Program-made: the position numbers and the translations under genes
Part shown: piece after piece, positions 1 through 10,144 of the stretch
Layout: each line of letters starts with the position of its first letter
Numbering within the stretch: position 1 is the first letter of the stretch
From: a virus
Lineage: Duplodnaviria; Heunggongvirae; Uroviricota; Caudoviricetes
Virus record (IMG/VR): IMGVR_UViG_2690316273_000020
Length of the DNA stretch: 26,408 nucleotides
Reading direction: 5' to 3' (one strand)
Notes under the pieces: generated by a model
Told to the model about the DNA's origin: nothing
The model's database searches: none
Seen by the model: only the letters and a program-made list of their open reading frames with translations

Positions 1-258
1 ATGCAAACCGTTATTTTTGGTCGTCCGGGTTGCCCTTACTGTGTGCGTGCAAAAGATCTGGCTGAGAAATTGAGCAATGAACGCGATGATTTCCAGTATC
101 AGTATGTAGATATTCGTGCGGAAGGGATCACTAAAGAAGATCTACAACAAAAGGCAGGTAAACCCGTAGAAACCGTGCCGCAGATTTTTGTCGATCAGCA
201 ACATATCGGCGGCTATACCGATTTTGCTGCATGGGCGAAAGAGAATCTGGACGCCTGA
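1..258 (+). CDS. grxA: Glutaredoxin 1
   Basis: 85-aa ORF with the CPYC active site (GRPGCPYCVRAKDL); near-identical to enterobacterial GrxA as I recall it. Synteny with ybjM and ybjL. Confidence 0.9.
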   Translation: MQTVIFGRPGCPYCVRAKDLAEKLSNERDDFQYQYVDIRAEGITKEDLQQKAGKPVETVPQIFVDQQHIGGYTDFAAWAKENLDA

Positions 259-287
259 TCGTCTGACAAGCCCTCGCGTTGAGGGCT

Positions 288-665
288 TTATTGATTTTTT
301 CTGTGCTGTGGTTTAAACAAACTACTGATAAATAAGAAACACAATGCCCCCAGCGCACACCAGAACACCGCACTTAATAACCATGCCAGCTCTTGCCAGA
401 ATGAGCGCGTCGGTGAAAAAAACAGCCGCATAATGAGCATCGAACAGGGTGCCGCCAGCATTGCGCCAAACAGAGGTTTCAGGACTTCTCTACGATGTGA
501 AAAGAAGCTGGCAACTGCACCAGGAAGAATGAAAAATAGCAAACCGATTTCAGGATGCCCGGCAGCCCGAAAAGCGCCTTTCATGTGCGTCGCCAGAAAA
601 AGACACACCACAATGAAGAGGACAAAACAGCAGATTGCCCCCGCCCAACGTTGTTTATGTTTCAC
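288..665 (-). CDS. ybjM: Inner-membrane protein YbjM
   Basis: 125-aa hydrophobic ORF starting MKHKQRWAGAICCFVLFIV; matches remembered E. coli YbjM and the conserved grxA-ybjM-ybjL neighbourhood. Confidence 0.8.
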   Translation of the reverse strand: MKHKQRWAGAICCFVLFIVVCLFLATHMKGAFRAAGHPEIGLLFFILPGAVASFFSHRREVLKPLFGAMLAAPCSMLIMRLFFSPTRSFWQELAWLLSAVFWCALGALCFLFISSLFKPQHRKNQ

Positions 666-934
666 TCGTTCCTCCTGACACTGCGTCTATCGAACACATT
701 TTTCGCCAGTGTGGCGTTCAGTAAGATAAAGCCGCTTCGCATTCCATGCTAATATAGGCCAACGCAATTCATATAGCCGTTGATACCTAATGTGATTACA
801 CTAGTAAAATATATTGTTACTTTACTATCGTTTAGGTGCGCTGAATGAATCTGCGCCCTGAATTCTGGTAAAAAACATTATCGTAAATTACCATTTCTTT
901 CAACAGCTTACTAGTAAACAAGAAGTTAGCCTCC

Positions 935-2620
935 GTGAATATAAACGTCGCCGAATTGTTAAATGGGAATTACATTCTGTTATTATTTGTGGTCCTCGCG
1001 CTTGGGCTATGTCTCGGGAAATTACGACTTGGTTCGATCCAACTAGGTAATTCCATTGGCGTTTTAGTCGTATCGCTGTTATTAGGCCAACAACATTTCA
1101 GCATTAACACCGACGCGCTTAATCTTGGCTTTATGCTGTTTATTTTCTGCGTCGGGGTCGAAGCCGGACCGAACTTTTTTTCCATTTTTTTTCGCGATGG
1201 GAAAAATTACCTAATGTTAGCACTGGTGATGGTTGGCAGTGCGCTGGTGATCGCCTTAGGGTTAGGTAAGCTGTTTGGCTGGGATATTGGCCTGACGGCC
1301 GGTATGTTAGCTGGCTCTATGACGTCGACACCGGTTCTGGTCGGTGCTGGCGATACACTGCGTCATTCCGGCATGGAAAGCAGGCAGCTCTCACTGGCAC
1401 TGGATAATCTGAGCCTCGGGTATGCCTTAACCTATTTAATCGGTCTGGTGAGTTTGATTGTTGGTGCGCGTTACTTGCCGAAATTGCAGCATCAGGACTT
1501 ACAGACCAGCGCCCAGCAAATCGCCCGCGAACGTGGCCTGGACACTGATGCCAACCGTAAGGTTTATTTACCGGTGATCCGCGCCTACCGCGTCGGCCCG
1601 GAGCTGGTGGCCTGGACCGACGGCAAAAATCTGCGTGAACTGGGTATTTATCGACAAACTGGCTGCTACATTGAACGTATTCGACGTAACGGGATTCTGG
1701 CGAATCCAGACGGTGATGCTGTGCTACAAATGGGCGATGAAATAGCGTTGGTAGGCTATCCCGACGCCCACGCACGACTCGATCCCAGCTTCCGTAACGG
1801 CAAAGAAGTTTTCGATCGTGACCTTCTCGACATGCGTATCGTCACTGAAGAAGTGGTCGTTAAAAACCATAACGCCGTGGGCAAACGTCTCGCACAACTG
1901 AAGTTGACCGATCACGGTTGCTTCCTTAACCGCGTCATTCGTAGCCAGATTGAGATGCCGATAGATGACAACGTCGTGCTTAACAAAGGTGACGTTTTAC
2001 AAGTCAGCGGCGATGCCCGTCGCGTAAAAACCATCGCCGATCGCATCGGCTTTATCTCGATTCACAGCCAGGTCACTGACTTGCTGGCATTCTGCGCCTT
2101 CTTTGTTATTGGGCTGATGATCGGGATGATCACCTTCCAGTTCAGCACATTCAGTTTCGGCATGGGGAACGCTGCCGGGTTGTTATTCGCCGGAATTATG
2201 CTGGGATTTATGCGCGCTAACCACCCGACCTTCGGTTACATTCCGCAGGGTGCATTAAGCATGGTGAAAGAGTTCGGCTTAATGGTGTTTATGGCAGGCG
2301 TTGGTCTGAGCGCCGGTAGCGGTATTAATAACGGCCTGGGCGCGATTGGCGGTCAGATGTTGATTGCCGGATTGATTGTCAGTCTTGTGCCAGTGGTTAT
2401 CTGTTTCTTGTTCGGTGCTTATGTATTGCGAATGAACCGCGCACTGTTGTTCGGCGCAATGATGGGCGCACGCACCTGCGCGCCGGCAATGGAGATCATC
2501 AGTGATACAGCTCGCAGTAACATCCCGGCGCTGGGCTATGCGGGCACCTATGCAATCGCCAACGTCCTGCTGACGCTGGCAGGGACAATCATCGTCATGG
2601 TATGGCCAGGATTAGGATAA
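935..2620 (+). CDS. ybjL: Putative transporter YbjL (AAE family, two RCK_C/TrkA-C-like domains)
   Basis: 561-aa ORF with N- and C-terminal multi-TM blocks and a soluble central region; length and neighbourhood match E. coli ybjL. Confidence 0.85.
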
Positions 2621-2855
2621 AACTGAAGTTGCCCTGAAAATGAAATTTTTTTGCACAACCGCAGAACTTTTCCGCAGGGCATCAGTCTTAATTAGTGCCA
2701 CTGCTTTTCTTTGATGTCCCCATTTTGTGGAGCCCATCAACCCCGCCATTTCGGTTCAAGGTTGATGGGTTTTTTGTTGCCTGAAATTTATGCCTTTTAA
2801 AATCATGATGTTAGAAGCACTGTTTTTTAACGATGGCGACAAATTGGCGGCAGCG
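2621..2855. other. Host-prophage junction; attR core expected in this interval
   Basis: Host ybjL stops at 2620 and phage ogr ends at 2856. In P2, attP lies immediately beyond ogr. The core cannot be pinpointed without the other prophage end. Confidence 0.4.
2733..2776 (+). terminator. Rho-independent terminator downstream of ybjL
   Basis: 10-bp perfect stem cccatcaacc (2733-2742) / ggttgatggg (2760-2769) followed by a T6 run (2770-2775). Confidence 0.6.
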
Positions 2856-3074
2856 TCAAAGAGAGAGCGCCACCTGTCCTGATTTCATTGGATGCGGCTG
2901 AACCGGATTTGACTCTTTTGGCGTTGCAATCGAACGAACAAAAGTTTCATGGGTAACAAAAGTATGGCTGCAGTTAATGTTCTGGCACTGGTTGTAACGC
3001 TCTTTGGTCAATGAAGATACCTGAAAACTGCTGCGAGTATGGGCGGCACTTCCACACAGTGGGCAAATCATCAT
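2856..3074 (-). CDS. ogr: Ogr/Delta-family zinc-finger late-gene activator
   Basis: MMICPLCGSAAHTRSS...CQNINCSHTF has the CxxC...CxxxxC pattern and length (72 aa from the MM start) of P2 Ogr. GGAG lies 9 nt upstream of the ATG at 3074; the longer ORF to 3107 begins with GTG. Confidence 0.8.
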   Translation of the reverse strand: MMICPLCGSAAHTRSSFQVSSLTKERYNQCQNINCSHTFVTHETFVRSIATPKESNPVQPHPMKSGQVALSL

Positions 3075-3164
3075 TTTTCGAGTTCTCCCCATTTTTGCTA
3101 AATTCACAATAATGATACCGCATTATTCCATTTTGAAAACTTAAAAGTTCTCCATTGCGAAGAA

Positions 3165-4265
3165 TCATTCCATTTCGAAATCATCAATCTTCACTTCAAG
3201 CTCCAGACTGGTCGTAAAACCGTTATCCGGGCTGACGGTATGTGTCAGAGTCGTAATGGTCCATTCCGCATCATCTATCGGCTGTTTAAAACCACTGACC
3301 TTCACAGGCATTTCCGTGTAGAGATCTGCCCGCCCTTCCGCCAGTTGTAGCGAGAATGACGCAACGCCGCGTTGCAGGCGTTCCCACTGCATTTTTGCCG
3401 CTCGTTCGGCGTTGCTCCGGTTGGCATAAGTGCGATTAAGTACCAGCACGTTTTCATCCGTCCCCACCAGGTAATCGCCCTGCTTCGCTTCCGGCTCTTT
3501 CTTCTGCTTCTTAGTCCTGTGCTTACGCTTCACCGTAGTGCTTTCTTTCTTCGCGGGTTCGCGGGTATGCAACCAGCTGGCAATTACCCCCGTGTAGGCT
3601 CCGCGATCTGCCAGGGTAAAGCGGTGACTGTCGCCGTCCTTGCGTGTGATAGTGATCACCGGCAGTGGTTTACCAGTGGCGCTTTTGCCCTGTCCCTGCC
3701 GGATGAATAACAGATTGCCATTTTTCACCGACGCGATGGCACCGTACTGGCGCGCCAGCCGCATCAGAAAACTGCCGTCACTCTCATTAGTCTGGTCTAT
3801 ATGCTCCACGGGCTTATCCGACAGGTCTTTACCCAGTGCCATCTTCAGCTTGTGACGCGCGGCTATTTCCTTCACCACTTCCCCGACAGTGGTCTTGTGC
3901 CACGATTTTTCACGGCGGGTATTCAGCGTTTCCCTAAAATCAGCACTTCGCGCCCGGATAGTCAGGCGATCCGGTGCGCCAGTGTGTTCAATCTCGTCCA
4001 CCGTGAATGCCCCTTTCGGGAAAAGCGGCTGCCCCTTCCAGCCCAGCGCCAGCGTAATGACCGCACCACGGCGCGGCAGCACGATTTTTCCGTCGGCGTC
4101 GTCCAGCTCCAGATCAAGCTGGTCCGCTTCAAAGCCCCGGTTATCCGTCAGCGTAAGCCCCATCAGGCGGTTGTCCAGCACAGTGGTGATATCCTTGCCT
4201 TCAATACTGATGCTGAATGCGGGAGTTTTGTTGCCTTTGTTAAGCAATTCAGAGCTGAAATTCAC
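3165..4265 (-). CDS. D: Tail protein D (late control gene D product)
   Basis: 366-aa ORF in the P2 gpD position next to ogr; sequence recognised as gpD-like. Confidence 0.88.
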   Translation of the reverse strand: MNFSSELLNKGNKTPAFSISIEGKDITTVLDNRLMGLTLTDNRGFEADQLDLELDDADGKIVLPRRGAVITLALGWKGQPLFPKGAFTVDEIEHTGAPDRLTIRARSADFRETLNTRREKSWHKTTVGEVVKEIAARHKLKMALGKDLSDKPVEHIDQTNESDGSFLMRLARQYGAIASVKNGNLLFIRQGQGKSATGKPLPVITITRKDGDSHRFTLADRGAYTGVIASWLHTREPAKKESTTVKRKHRTKKQKKEPEAKQGDYLVGTDENVLVLNRTYANRSNAERAAKMQWERLQRGVASFSLQLAEGRADLYTEMPVKVSGFKQPIDDAEWTITTLTHTVSPDNGFTTSLELEVKIDDFEME

Positions 4266-4747
4266 GACAGCAGCCCTCCCACCGTTTTACTGATATCGCT
4301 TAAGGCAGACGTTGCCGTATCCTGCAAATTATTCAGCTGCGCACTGAGATCACCGAACATATCGGACAGGGATTCATCCACCCGTTTGAGCGACAGGGTA
4401 AACTCAATCCGGCGCGGCATACCATCGCGGAAAAACTCCGTTTTAGTCTGATTCAGTCCCTCAATCACATACATGCCGTAAATCGTGCCGCTGCCTTCAA
4501 TCAGGGGCCATGCTTTTCCCTGTTCTGCCATCTGCTCCAGAGCCAGCAACGACAGCCTGCCGCCCGTTATCTCCGGCATAAGAACACCAGAAAGCGTCAG
4601 CATGTCGTTGTCCGGTCCCAGAAACTGCGTGGACGGACGACGGTTTACCCGGCTGTTTGCCGCATGTCGCCAGCTGCGTTGATACTGCAGTTCCTGATAC
4701 GGAACGGTGCGCAGCATAAACACGTACAATCCCAGCACCATCATCAT
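4262..4747 (-). CDS. U: Tail protein U
   Basis: 161-aa ORF; 4-nt overlap with D start; position and sequence match gpU. Confidence 0.88.
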   Translation of the reverse strand: MMMVLGLYVFMLRTVPYQELQYQRSWRHAANSRVNRRPSTQFLGPDNDMLTLSGVLMPEITGGRLSLLALEQMAEQGKAWPLIEGSGTIYGMYVIEGLNQTKTEFFRDGMPRRIEFTLSLKRVDESLSDMFGDLSAQLNNLQDTATSALSDISKTVGGLLS

Positions 4748-7700
4748 GCGTCGTATCCCCCCTGATCGCTGTAGTTACTCCTGGCTTTTGCCTTCAGCCT
4801 GCGTTCACGTTCATCAAGCTGGCGGGCCACCTCCCGCGCAATATCCTGCGCACTTTGTCCTGGCTGCGTCTGGATGATGATCTGCGTCGGTGCCTCAATC
4901 CTGTAAACGGGCGGCACAGTGGCTGCGCGACTCACAATTGCTTCTCCACCTTTCGCGGGAAGTGCCAAAGGGTGCAACGGTGGAAGCTCTGCTGGCGCGG
5001 CAGCAACGCCCATCATTCCGGCAACAACGGCAGCCAGTGCAGCTGTATTTCTCCGGCTGGTCACATTTGCCGGGCCGTTAACAATTTCCGGCCCGTTTTC
5101 ACCGACGATGCCAAACTGCCCGCGCGGGATATAGCCGCCGCTGTCATACATCCCCGCAAAGCCATATCCCCATGACGGAAAACCACCCGATGGCATCATC
5201 ACTTTACCGTCTGCATTCACCGTCGCAGGTTGCTGACGCGTCACGCTTTCCGGCAGTTTCGCCTTTGCAGCCTCTTTACTGACAATGCCGAGTTTCTCCA
5301 GCAACCAGGAAACGCCGGATTTCAGGGAGTCCAGCGGATGCATGACCATATTCAGCCCTTCCGCCAGTGCCTCCCCGAATCGTCGCCCCATTGCCGCTGC
5401 GCTCTGCAGTTCGGCAGAGGTCGACTTAACGGGCGTCAGCAGATCAGTAAACCAGCCCCACAGCGCCTGCACTTTGTCGCCAATCCACTGAAACACAGGC
5501 TTAAGTGGTTCGAATGCAGCACTGATAGGACCTGCCGCCGCTTTGAATCCTTCCACCACACCAGCGAGAAATGCGGTGATGGGTTGCCAGTATTTCCAGA
5601 CAACCAGCGCTACGCCCGCCAGTGCAGTAACCACAAGACCTATCGGACTGAGCAGAGCACCTAACAGACCAGATATGGCATACAGGGCAACGCGCAGCAT
5701 CGCCAGCGGACCGGATGCCAGTACTCGCAGCACCGCGCCTGCGGCAGCCAGTCCACCGCGTAGTGCTGCCAGTGGATTCATAAACATCATAGCAACAGCA
5801 CGTAAACCGGATAATCCAGACCGCAACAGTGCAACCGGCACACCTGCTACAGTTTTCAGGACATTCCCCGTCAGTGATGCGGTGCGGCGCAAAGACGACA
5901 ACGGCGCAGTAAGTAAACCCGCTGCGTTGCCCGATGAAGCAAGCCCGCGTCGCAGCAGTGCCAGTGGAGCGCCAGCTAACCAGGACAACGCGCTGCTGGT
6001 TCGTGTTACTGCTGCCGTAACGGAAGGTAACGTTTTGATACCCAGCACAGAGAATCCCAGACGGATGACTGCCAGCGGCCCCAGTACTGCAGCCAGCGCC
6101 ACCGCTAAGGTGCCGAGGCCTACGGTAACCGCAGCCACAACAGCCGCTACTTTCATCAGTGTGCCTGTCAGTTCCGGGTTAGCTTCCACCCAGCGGCGCA
6201 ACGCCCCCGTGATGCTTTTTACCGTGTACAGAATATCCATCAGCGGCTGGCGCAGCGTTTCGCCCAGGCTGCTGAAGGTGTTCTGCGCTCCGGTTTTGAC
6301 CAGCAACCACTGAGCGGAAAGTGAGTCTTTGTTGATGTCGGATTCTTTCTGCATGGAACCGAGCGCATCATTGCCCGCTGTCAGTTTTAGCTGGCGCTGC
6401 AGTTCCGGAAGGTTGTTTGCCAGTTTCGCTGCATCATCACCAAACTCTTTACCAAACAACATGGTCATGGCAGACAGACGCTTGTCCTGCGGCAGTGCGT
6501 TCACCTTCTCCAGCACACGCTGGATAGTTCCCATCGCATCCTTCGTCATCTGCTTTTCAATCACTTCAGGATTGAGTTTCAGCAGATTCATCCCTTCAAA
6601 GAAACTCTTGCTTTGCATGGTGGCAATGGACAATTCACGCACCATCGCGTTTGCTGCACTGGCTGCAACCTCCGGCGCAGCGCCCAGTGTCAGAAAGGTG
6701 GACCCCAGTGCCGCCGCTTTACGATAATCCAGACGGTCAGCCACACCGCCCAGACGTTGCATAACATCAATGATCTCCGCCCCTTTCGACATGGCGTTAT
6801 CATCCAGATAGTTCAGCGCATCGCCGAGCTGTTCAATATTGCGGGTAGGTATTTTGTAGAGCTGTGCGATTTTCCCCAGACTTTCTGACAGTTCATCCGC
6901 TGGCAGCTCAAAGGCTGTTGCCGCCTTTGCTGCCGTACTGGCGAAGGCCAGCAGGTCACGTTTCTGGTCTTCCCAGCTGTCGTCAGGGTTTGCGACGTTC
7001 ATGCGCGCACCACCTTCAACCAGTGCAGCGAAGTCCACCGCACCGTTTTCCATCGGCAACTGTTCGCTGGCAGCCTTGATGGCATCCTGCATTTCATAAA
7101 AACGTGCAGTGCGGTTACCATTATCGTCACGCAGACCATTGACCTGCTTTGCCACACCTTTCATGGCATCTTCCATGCTGGTATAGCTTTTTACTGCCGC
7201 CATCACTGGCGCACCCATTGCCAGCCCTGCAGCCGTGGTAGTGGCTCCGGCTCCTGCGATGCGATCGCGCACTTCAAGCCGTCTTGAGTATTGTTCTCTG
7301 GCAGCGTTCATCCGTGCCTGTTGTTCACCCAGACGTTTAAGTGCTTTTTGCTGGCCCTCCAGTGCCTGCCTTGTTTCTTCAGCATTTTTCTTAAGTTCTC
7401 GCTGGGCACTACTGAGTTGTCTGGTATCAATCCCTGATTCTTTAAGTGCCTGACGTTGTCTCTGGACCGCCCCCAACAAGCCGTTATAGGTCTGCTGAAG
7501 TTCCTGTACTCGTGTTTTGGCCTGACTGAATAACTTTGCCTGCGCGGCGGTTGGCCTGTTAGTGGCAGCAAATTGTGTGGCGAGTTTTGCCGCCTCTTCG
7601 CGGGCTGCGTTCAGGTTGTTGGCTGTTATGGCTAGTTGCGAGCGCGTCTTGCGAAATTCATCAATTCTGCCAGCCTGCTTATTCAGTTCTTTGAGGCTGT

Positions 7701-7821
7701 TTCGGGTATTCTGAATTGCGCCAGCCAGCTCTTTCGAACTGGCCTGTGCAGCACGGAATGGGCGGGTGAGTTTGTCAACCGCATTAAGAATGACCTGCAG
7801 GCGCAGGTTATTATCACTCAT
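4744..7821 (-). CDS. T: Tail tape-measure protein
   Basis: 1025-aa ORF with a coiled-coil-like N-terminus and an Ala/Leu/Gly-rich hydrophobic repeat block (LALLRRGL, VALLRSGL, LAALRGGL); position between E/E' and U. Confidence 0.9.
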   Translation of the reverse strand: MSDNNLRLQVILNAVDKLTRPFRAAQASSKELAGAIQNTRNSLKELNKQAGRIDEFRKTRSQLAITANNLNAAREEAAKLATQFAATNRPTAAQAKLFSQAKTRVQELQQTYNGLLGAVQRQRQALKESGIDTRQLSSAQRELKKNAEETRQALEGQQKALKRLGEQQARMNAAREQYSRRLEVRDRIAGAGATTTAAGLAMGAPVMAAVKSYTSMEDAMKGVAKQVNGLRDDNGNRTARFYEMQDAIKAASEQLPMENGAVDFAALVEGGARMNVANPDDSWEDQKRDLLAFASTAAKAATAFELPADELSESLGKIAQLYKIPTRNIEQLGDALNYLDDNAMSKGAEIIDVMQRLGGVADRLDYRKAAALGSTFLTLGAAPEVAASAANAMVRELSIATMQSKSFFEGMNLLKLNPEVIEKQMTKDAMGTIQRVLEKVNALPQDKRLSAMTMLFGKEFGDDAAKLANNLPELQRQLKLTAGNDALGSMQKESDINKDSLSAQWLLVKTGAQNTFSSLGETLRQPLMDILYTVKSITGALRRWVEANPELTGTLMKVAAVVAAVTVGLGTLAVALAAVLGPLAVIRLGFSVLGIKTLPSVTAAVTRTSSALSWLAGAPLALLRRGLASSGNAAGLLTAPLSSLRRTASLTGNVLKTVAGVPVALLRSGLSGLRAVAMMFMNPLAALRGGLAAAGAVLRVLASGPLAMLRVALYAISGLLGALLSPIGLVVTALAGVALVVWKYWQPITAFLAGVVEGFKAAAGPISAAFEPLKPVFQWIGDKVQALWGWFTDLLTPVKSTSAELQSAAAMGRRFGEALAEGLNMVMHPLDSLKSGVSWLLEKLGIVSKEAAKAKLPESVTRQQPATVNADGKVMMPSGGFPSWGYGFAGMYDSGGYIPRGQFGIVGENGPEIVNGPANVTSRRNTAALAAVVAGMMGVAAAPAELPPLHPLALPAKGGEAIVSRAATVPPVYRIEAPTQIIIQTQPGQSAQDIAREVARQLDERERRLKAKARSNYSDQGGYDA

Positions 7822-8250
7822 CGTTGGCCCCGCTTCTCTGAATCGCTTTATACCGCCATTCCAGCACTTCGGTCAGCGACATAACGTCAGTAACGGATGG
7901 CGGCCAGTGAAAGATGGTGGCGATATCAGCCACCAGATCGTCAACCGTCAGGCTGTCGGTAAACCGGCAAGCACCGACTTCTTCAACAAAAAAGTGACAA
8001 CCTCAACCGACATGGCAGTGAGATCTGCCGGGTCCATCTCTGCAATTTCCTGTGCAGTCAGTGCCGGACTGGAGATGCGGGGGATCACGGTCATCATCGC
8101 GTTCACATCCATATCCATAATGGCCTGCAGGCGTGTACCGCGCAGCGCACCGGACTGCGGTTTACGCAGCACAATTTCGGTAATTTCTGTTTTACCGCGC
8201 TTGATAGGGGTATCCAGTTGAATGGTCTTTTCAGTCTGCTTATCGCTCAT
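7814..8250 (-). CDS. E+E' fusion made by programmed -1 frameshift (slippery TTTTTTG on minus strand = plus 7987-7993)
   Basis: Hand translation: the zero frame ends ...VTFLLKKSVLAGLPTA at TGA 7948-7950. The -1 frame after the T6G run stays open to TGA at 7814-7816 and overlaps the T start by 8 nt, as in P2. Confidence 0.6.
7948..8250 (-). CDS. E: Tail assembly chaperone E
   Basis: 100-aa ORF MSDKQTEKTIQLDTPIKRG in the gpE position, upstream of T. Confidence 0.85.
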   Translation of the reverse strand: MSDKQTEKTIQLDTPIKRGKTEITEIVLRKPQSGALRGTRLQAIMDMDVNAMMTVIPRISSPALTAQEIAEMDPADLTAMSVEVVTFLLKKSVLAGLPTA

Positions 8251-8304
8251 TTTGTTGTCCTGTAAATTGGGTTCTGGCGCGGAATCCCGCGCCGTTCAGA
8301 TACA

Positions 8305-8820
8305 TCAGAGGCCGAGGGCGTTGCGGTGCGCTTCCATCAGGTCCACACCGTCCACAATTTCCACCATGTTGATAAGGTCCACTTCATAGAGCACCTCACC
8401 ATTGATGGTCAGCTTCGCGTAGCTGTTGGTACTGGTCACTTTGGTGGTGTTGCTTTCGCCCGTCTTCCACTCACCGGAATCCACTTCTTTGTGACGTCCA
8501 CGCACCACAAGCTCCACGGCCTGCACTTCCCCGGTATCGTCACGCTGGATAGAGCCGGTAAAGCGCAACTGGATGCCATCCACCGTGGCTTTGCCCATCT
8601 GCTTAAACAGCAGCAGTTCAGTACCACCAATGGAAAATTCTGTGTCCAGCGCACTGTCATCAAGCCCCAGATCCACATCCACTGCCCCCGGCATTCCGCC
8701 GCCGCGATACTTCTCATATTTGCGGGTGAATTTCGGCAGCGTCAGCGACTCAACGATCCCCTGCCAGTTGTTCCCGTCGTTAAACAGGTTCAGGTGTTTT
8801 AATTTGCGTGGTAAAGCCAT
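8305..8820 (-). CDS. FII: Tail tube protein FII
   Basis: 171-aa ORF MALPRKLKHLNLFNDGNNWQG, directly downstream of the sheath gene; gpFII-like. Confidence 0.9.
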   Translation of the reverse strand: MALPRKLKHLNLFNDGNNWQGIVESLTLPKFTRKYEKYRGGGMPGAVDVDLGLDDSALDTEFSIGGTELLLFKQMGKATVDGIQLRFTGSIQRDDTGEVQAVELVVRGRHKEVDSGEWKTGESNTTKVTSTNSYAKLTINGEVLYEVDLINMVEIVDGVDLMEAHRNALGL

Positions 8821-8829
8821 GTTGTCCCC

Positions 8830-10002
8830 TTACGCGCTGACCTGGCTGGCGAAATTCACCAGGTACTGATCGGTGATGCGCTGACGCAACATCAGATTTT
8901 CAAGTGGCGGCACTGGCGTGTAGTCGTAGTCGATGGTGAGTTTTCCGGCTTTCAGAGTGTCTTTGTCGTTCACCGACTCGTCCAGCCAGCAATCACCACC
9001 AATGAGATACCCCTGACTGACCAGGCTGCGCATTTTGGCGCGGATGCCCTCGATAATGTCGCGCGCCAGCGACGGGTTCAGCGGTTTGTCCACTGCCCAC
9101 ATGTGCGCTTCTGCCATTGTGTCCGTCAGCACCTGCGCCGTGCGGGTGTAGTTTTCGAAAGCAAAGAGCGGGTCATCACTCAGGCAGCGGGAACCCCAGA
9201 AGCGGAAACCGTCTTTACGCACAAGCGTGGTGACGTCGTTCTGGTTCAGCAGACCTGCATCGGTTGCCGGGTCCTGCAGATCCCAGAACACATCTGCAGA
9301 AATTCCGGTGACACCGTTCACGCCCACGTTGGACAGGCTTTTGTGCCACCCAGTCTGCTCATCAATTTTGGCACGCAGACCAAGCGCACGGGCGGTGGCA
9401 TATGCCGTTGCTTCGGCATTCAGCACCGTGTCCCAGCCAGTAAAGTCGGGCCAGATCAGCATTCCTTCGCGCTGGCTGAAGTTTTCACGGTAAGTGATCG
9501 CCTCCTGTACCGTCTTGCAGCCATACGCTGACAGGTAGGCAAACCCACGCAGGCTTTGCGCCACACTCAGCAACTCAGTCGCAACGGCTTTGTTATCGTG
9601 ACCTGGCACGCCGAGAATGCGCGGTTTAACGCCGAGCTGTGTCTGGGCAGATAACAGGGCTTTCATGCCTGTTTTTTTACCTTCAGCAGTCACTGCGCCG
9701 ATGATATTGGTCGTGGTTTCTTCTTCCGTTTCACCCTGCGGCACACGCACAACAACGGTCACGGGTTTTGCCTGGTCAGCGATGGCATCCAGCGAACGGG
9801 CCAGCGTGCCGGACTCACCCGCTTTACCGCTGGCAGTCAGCACATCAGTGATCAGCACGGGTTTATTAAGAGGAAACATTTTTGCATCGGCATCATCGCC
9901 CGTGCAGACCATGCCCACGATGGCGGTGCTCACCGTGGTAATGGATCGGGTACCTTCGTTGACTTCAACAACGCGCACCCCGTGGTGGTAATCCTGAGCC
10001 AT
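8830..10002 (-). CDS. FI: Contractile tail sheath protein FI
   Basis: 390-aa [24 protein letters not shown]; gpFI-like, followed by FII. Confidence 0.9.
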   Translation of the reverse strand: MAQDYHHGVRVVEVNEGTRSITTVSTAIVGMVCTGDDADAKMFPLNKPVLITDVLTASGKAGESGTLARSLDAIADQAKPVTVVVRVPQGETEEETTTNIIGAVTAEGKKTGMKALLSAQTQLGVKPRILGVPGHDNKAVATELLSVAQSLRGFAYLSAYGCKTVQEAITYRENFSQREGMLIWPDFTGWDTVLNAEATAYATARALGLRAKIDEQTGWHKSLSNVGVNGVTGISADVFWDLQDPATDAGLLNQNDVTTLVRKDGFRFWGSRCLSDDPLFAFENYTRTAQVLTDTMAEAHMWAVDKPLNPSLARDIIEGIRAKMRSLVSQGYLIGGDCWLDESVNDKDTLKAGKLTIDYDYTPVPPLENLMLRQRITDQYLVNFASQVSA

Positions 10003-10078
10003 AGTGGCGAACCTCCTGATTGGATTAGGCTTCGCCCTATGTTGAAGTGATTGTGCCTGACAAACAGCTAAGCGCAGT

Positions 10079-10096
10079 TGTACCGTTATTCACACA
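10079..10096. promoter_or_regulatory. Candidate Ogr-dependent late promoter element (P_F-like): TGT-N12-ACA dyad
   Basis: tgtaccgttattcacaca is centred 85 nt upstream of the FI start codon. P2 late promoters carry a TGT-N12-ACA dyad around -55. Confidence 0.45.
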
Positions 10097-10144
10097 AAAT
10101 GACGGTATTTGTCTGCTTGCAGGGATAATCAAAATAATGCTGAT

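Noticed and set aside
2974-3168. 64-aa minus-strand ORF overlapping the ogr start and D end
   Set aside because: Out of frame with ogr and overlapping its likely start and ribosome-binding site; ogr is the supported gene here.
4855-7079. Many plus-strand ORFs (up to 256 aa, e.g. 5543-6313) overlapping the tape-measure gene
   Set aside because: They are antisense shadows inside a GC-rich, well-supported long minus-strand gene; their translations are low-complexity (Ala/Ser/Pro/Arg-rich) with no start context.
8326-9991. Plus-strand ORFs antisense to FII and FI (e.g. 8326-8802, 9103-9531)
   Set aside because: Fully contained in recognised tail tube and sheath genes; no independent support.
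10003-10144. Looked for Z/fun-type cargo between FI and the fibre genes
   Set aside because: The gap between FI and the invertase is only about 140 bp and has room only for the candidate P_F promoter; the cargo slot is occupied by the invertase.
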